DNA of 64,000 nt from an uncultured delta proteobacterium (GTDB lineage Bacteria > Myxococcota_A > Polyangia > Haliangiales > Haliangiaceae). The notes under the pieces were generated by a model. The model had not been told where the DNA came from, made no database searches, and saw nothing but the letters and a program-made list of their open reading frames with translations. The position numbers and the translations under genes were made by a program. This document shows, piece after piece, positions 62,944 through 64,000 of the stretch; position 1 is the first letter of the stretch; each line of letters begins with the position of its first letter. The DNA is taken from positions 544,001 through 608,000 of the forward strand of contig CAWKDB010000002.1 of NCBI GenBank assembly GCA_963848295.1. Reading direction: 5' to 3'.

Positions 62944-62982
62944 GCCCTTGAATTGGTCGGACCTTTCGGGCAAGCTGTCGAT

Positions 62983-64000
62983 ATGAGCCGACTAAGCGCG
63001 CGCCAGCACGAGACCCTCGTGGCCGTGGCTGAGGCCGCGCTTCCCGCCGGACGGATCTTGCCGGCGGCCGGCGAAGCGACAGTCGACAAGGTCGAGCGCT
63101 TCCTCGATCACCTGCCGAGCATGCTCGCGCACGGGCTCGGCGGCTTGCTCGCCGGGCTCGACGCCGCGGCGTGGCTCCATGGCTCGCGATCATTCGCGCG
63201 GGCGTCGGCGGATAAACGGCTGCGGATCTTGGAGAGCTGGCGCACCGGCGACGCGGTGCGTCGACTGGCGCTGCGCGCGGTGGTCAGCCCGCTCAAGATC
63301 TCGCACTTCGACAGCCCGGACCTTTATCGCCAGCTCGGTTGCGTCTACGACACGAGCATCAAGGCCGAGGCGAAGCCTGCCTACATGCGCGAGCGCGTCC
63401 ATCGCGGTGATCAGCTCGGCGGCGACCTCGCGGTCGAGTGCGATGTCGTCGTGATCGGGACCGGCGCGGGTGGCGCGGTGGTCGGGCGCGAGCTCGCCGA
63501 GGCGGGCCTCGCCGTGGTGTTCGTCGAGGAGGGTCACTACTTCGACCGCTCGCACTTCACCGGTCGCTCGTTCGACATGCAGCAACGGCTGTATCGCCGC
63601 GGCGGTTCGACGTTCTCCATCGGCAACGTCGCGATTCCGATCCCGATCGGCCAGAGCGTGGGCGGCACGACGACGGTGAACTCCGGCACCTGTTACCGCA
63701 CACCCGAGCGCGTTCTCGAACATTGGCGCACCGAGCTCGGGCTCGACGAGCTCGGCGCCGCCGCGATGGCGCCGTACTTCGATCGCGTCGAAGCCGTGCT
63801 CGGCGTCGAACCGGCGAAGCGCGAGCTGCTCGGCGGCAACGGCCGCGTGATCGCGCGCGGTTGTCGCGAGCTGGGATTCACGAAGCACGGGCCGCTGCGC
63901 CGCAACGCGCCCGCGTGCGACGGCCAAGGCGTGTGCTGCTTCGGCTGCCCGACCGACGCGAAGCGGTCGACGAACGTGTCGTACATCCCGCTCGCGTTGC
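62983..64000 (+). CDS. GMC-family FAD oxidoreductase (long-chain alcohol oxidase-like), 3'-truncated by the window edge
   Basis: ATG at 62983, open to the window end; CDVVVIGTGAGGAVVGRELAEAG, VGGTTTVNSG and CDGQGVCCFGCP. Absent from the ORF track because it has no stop. Confidence 0.92.
   Translation, partial: MSRLSARQHETLVAVAEAALPAGRILPAAGEATVDKVERFLDHLPSMLAHGLGGLLAGLDAAAWLHGSRSFARASADKRLRILESWRTGDAVRRLALRAVVSPLKISHFDSPDLYRQLGCVYDTSIKAEAKPAYMRERVHRGDQLGGDLAVECDVVVIGTGAGGAVVGRELAEAGLAVVFVEEGHYFDRSHFTGRSFDMQQRLYRRGGSTFSIGNVAIPIPIGQSVGGTTTVNSGTCYRTPERVLEHWRTELGLDELGAAAMAPYFDRVEAVLGVEPAKRELLGGNGRVIARGCRELGFTKHGPLRRNAPACDGQGVCCFGCPTDAKRSTNVSYIPLAL

Overview
GC-rich, gene-dense bacterial chromosome segment with about 55 genes. 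It is very probably from a myxobacterium, inferred from a MYXO-CTERM tail, tgl-rodZ-recO synteny, an MXAN_5187-type C-terminal domain, zinc-ribbon Ser/Thr kinases and many small Cys-rich lipoproteins. Housekeeping genes are recO, nadD, namZ, mutS and a maltose-type ABC transporter. I found no rRNA, tRNA, CRISPR array or transposase. Four loci stand out. (1) A three-gene operon at 46611-52957 encodes two exported multiheme beta-propeller proteins with hydrazine-synthase-alpha-like architecture flanking a HEAT-repeat protein, with no hzsB/C partners in view. (2) A PlsA/PlsR (Ger)-like anaerobic ether-lipid-type operon at 8421-14337 has its putative -35/-10 promoter embedded in two tandem palindromic operators. 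(3) A single lipoprotein gene lies inside 42-bp near-perfect inverted repeats built from 8-mer and 7-mer units (62332-62943). (4) A non-canonical TraA/TraB-like pair lies at 15016-18002. Three genes carry single-base frameshifts that look like sequencing or assembly indels. All product calls come from reading motifs by eye; no database searches were run.
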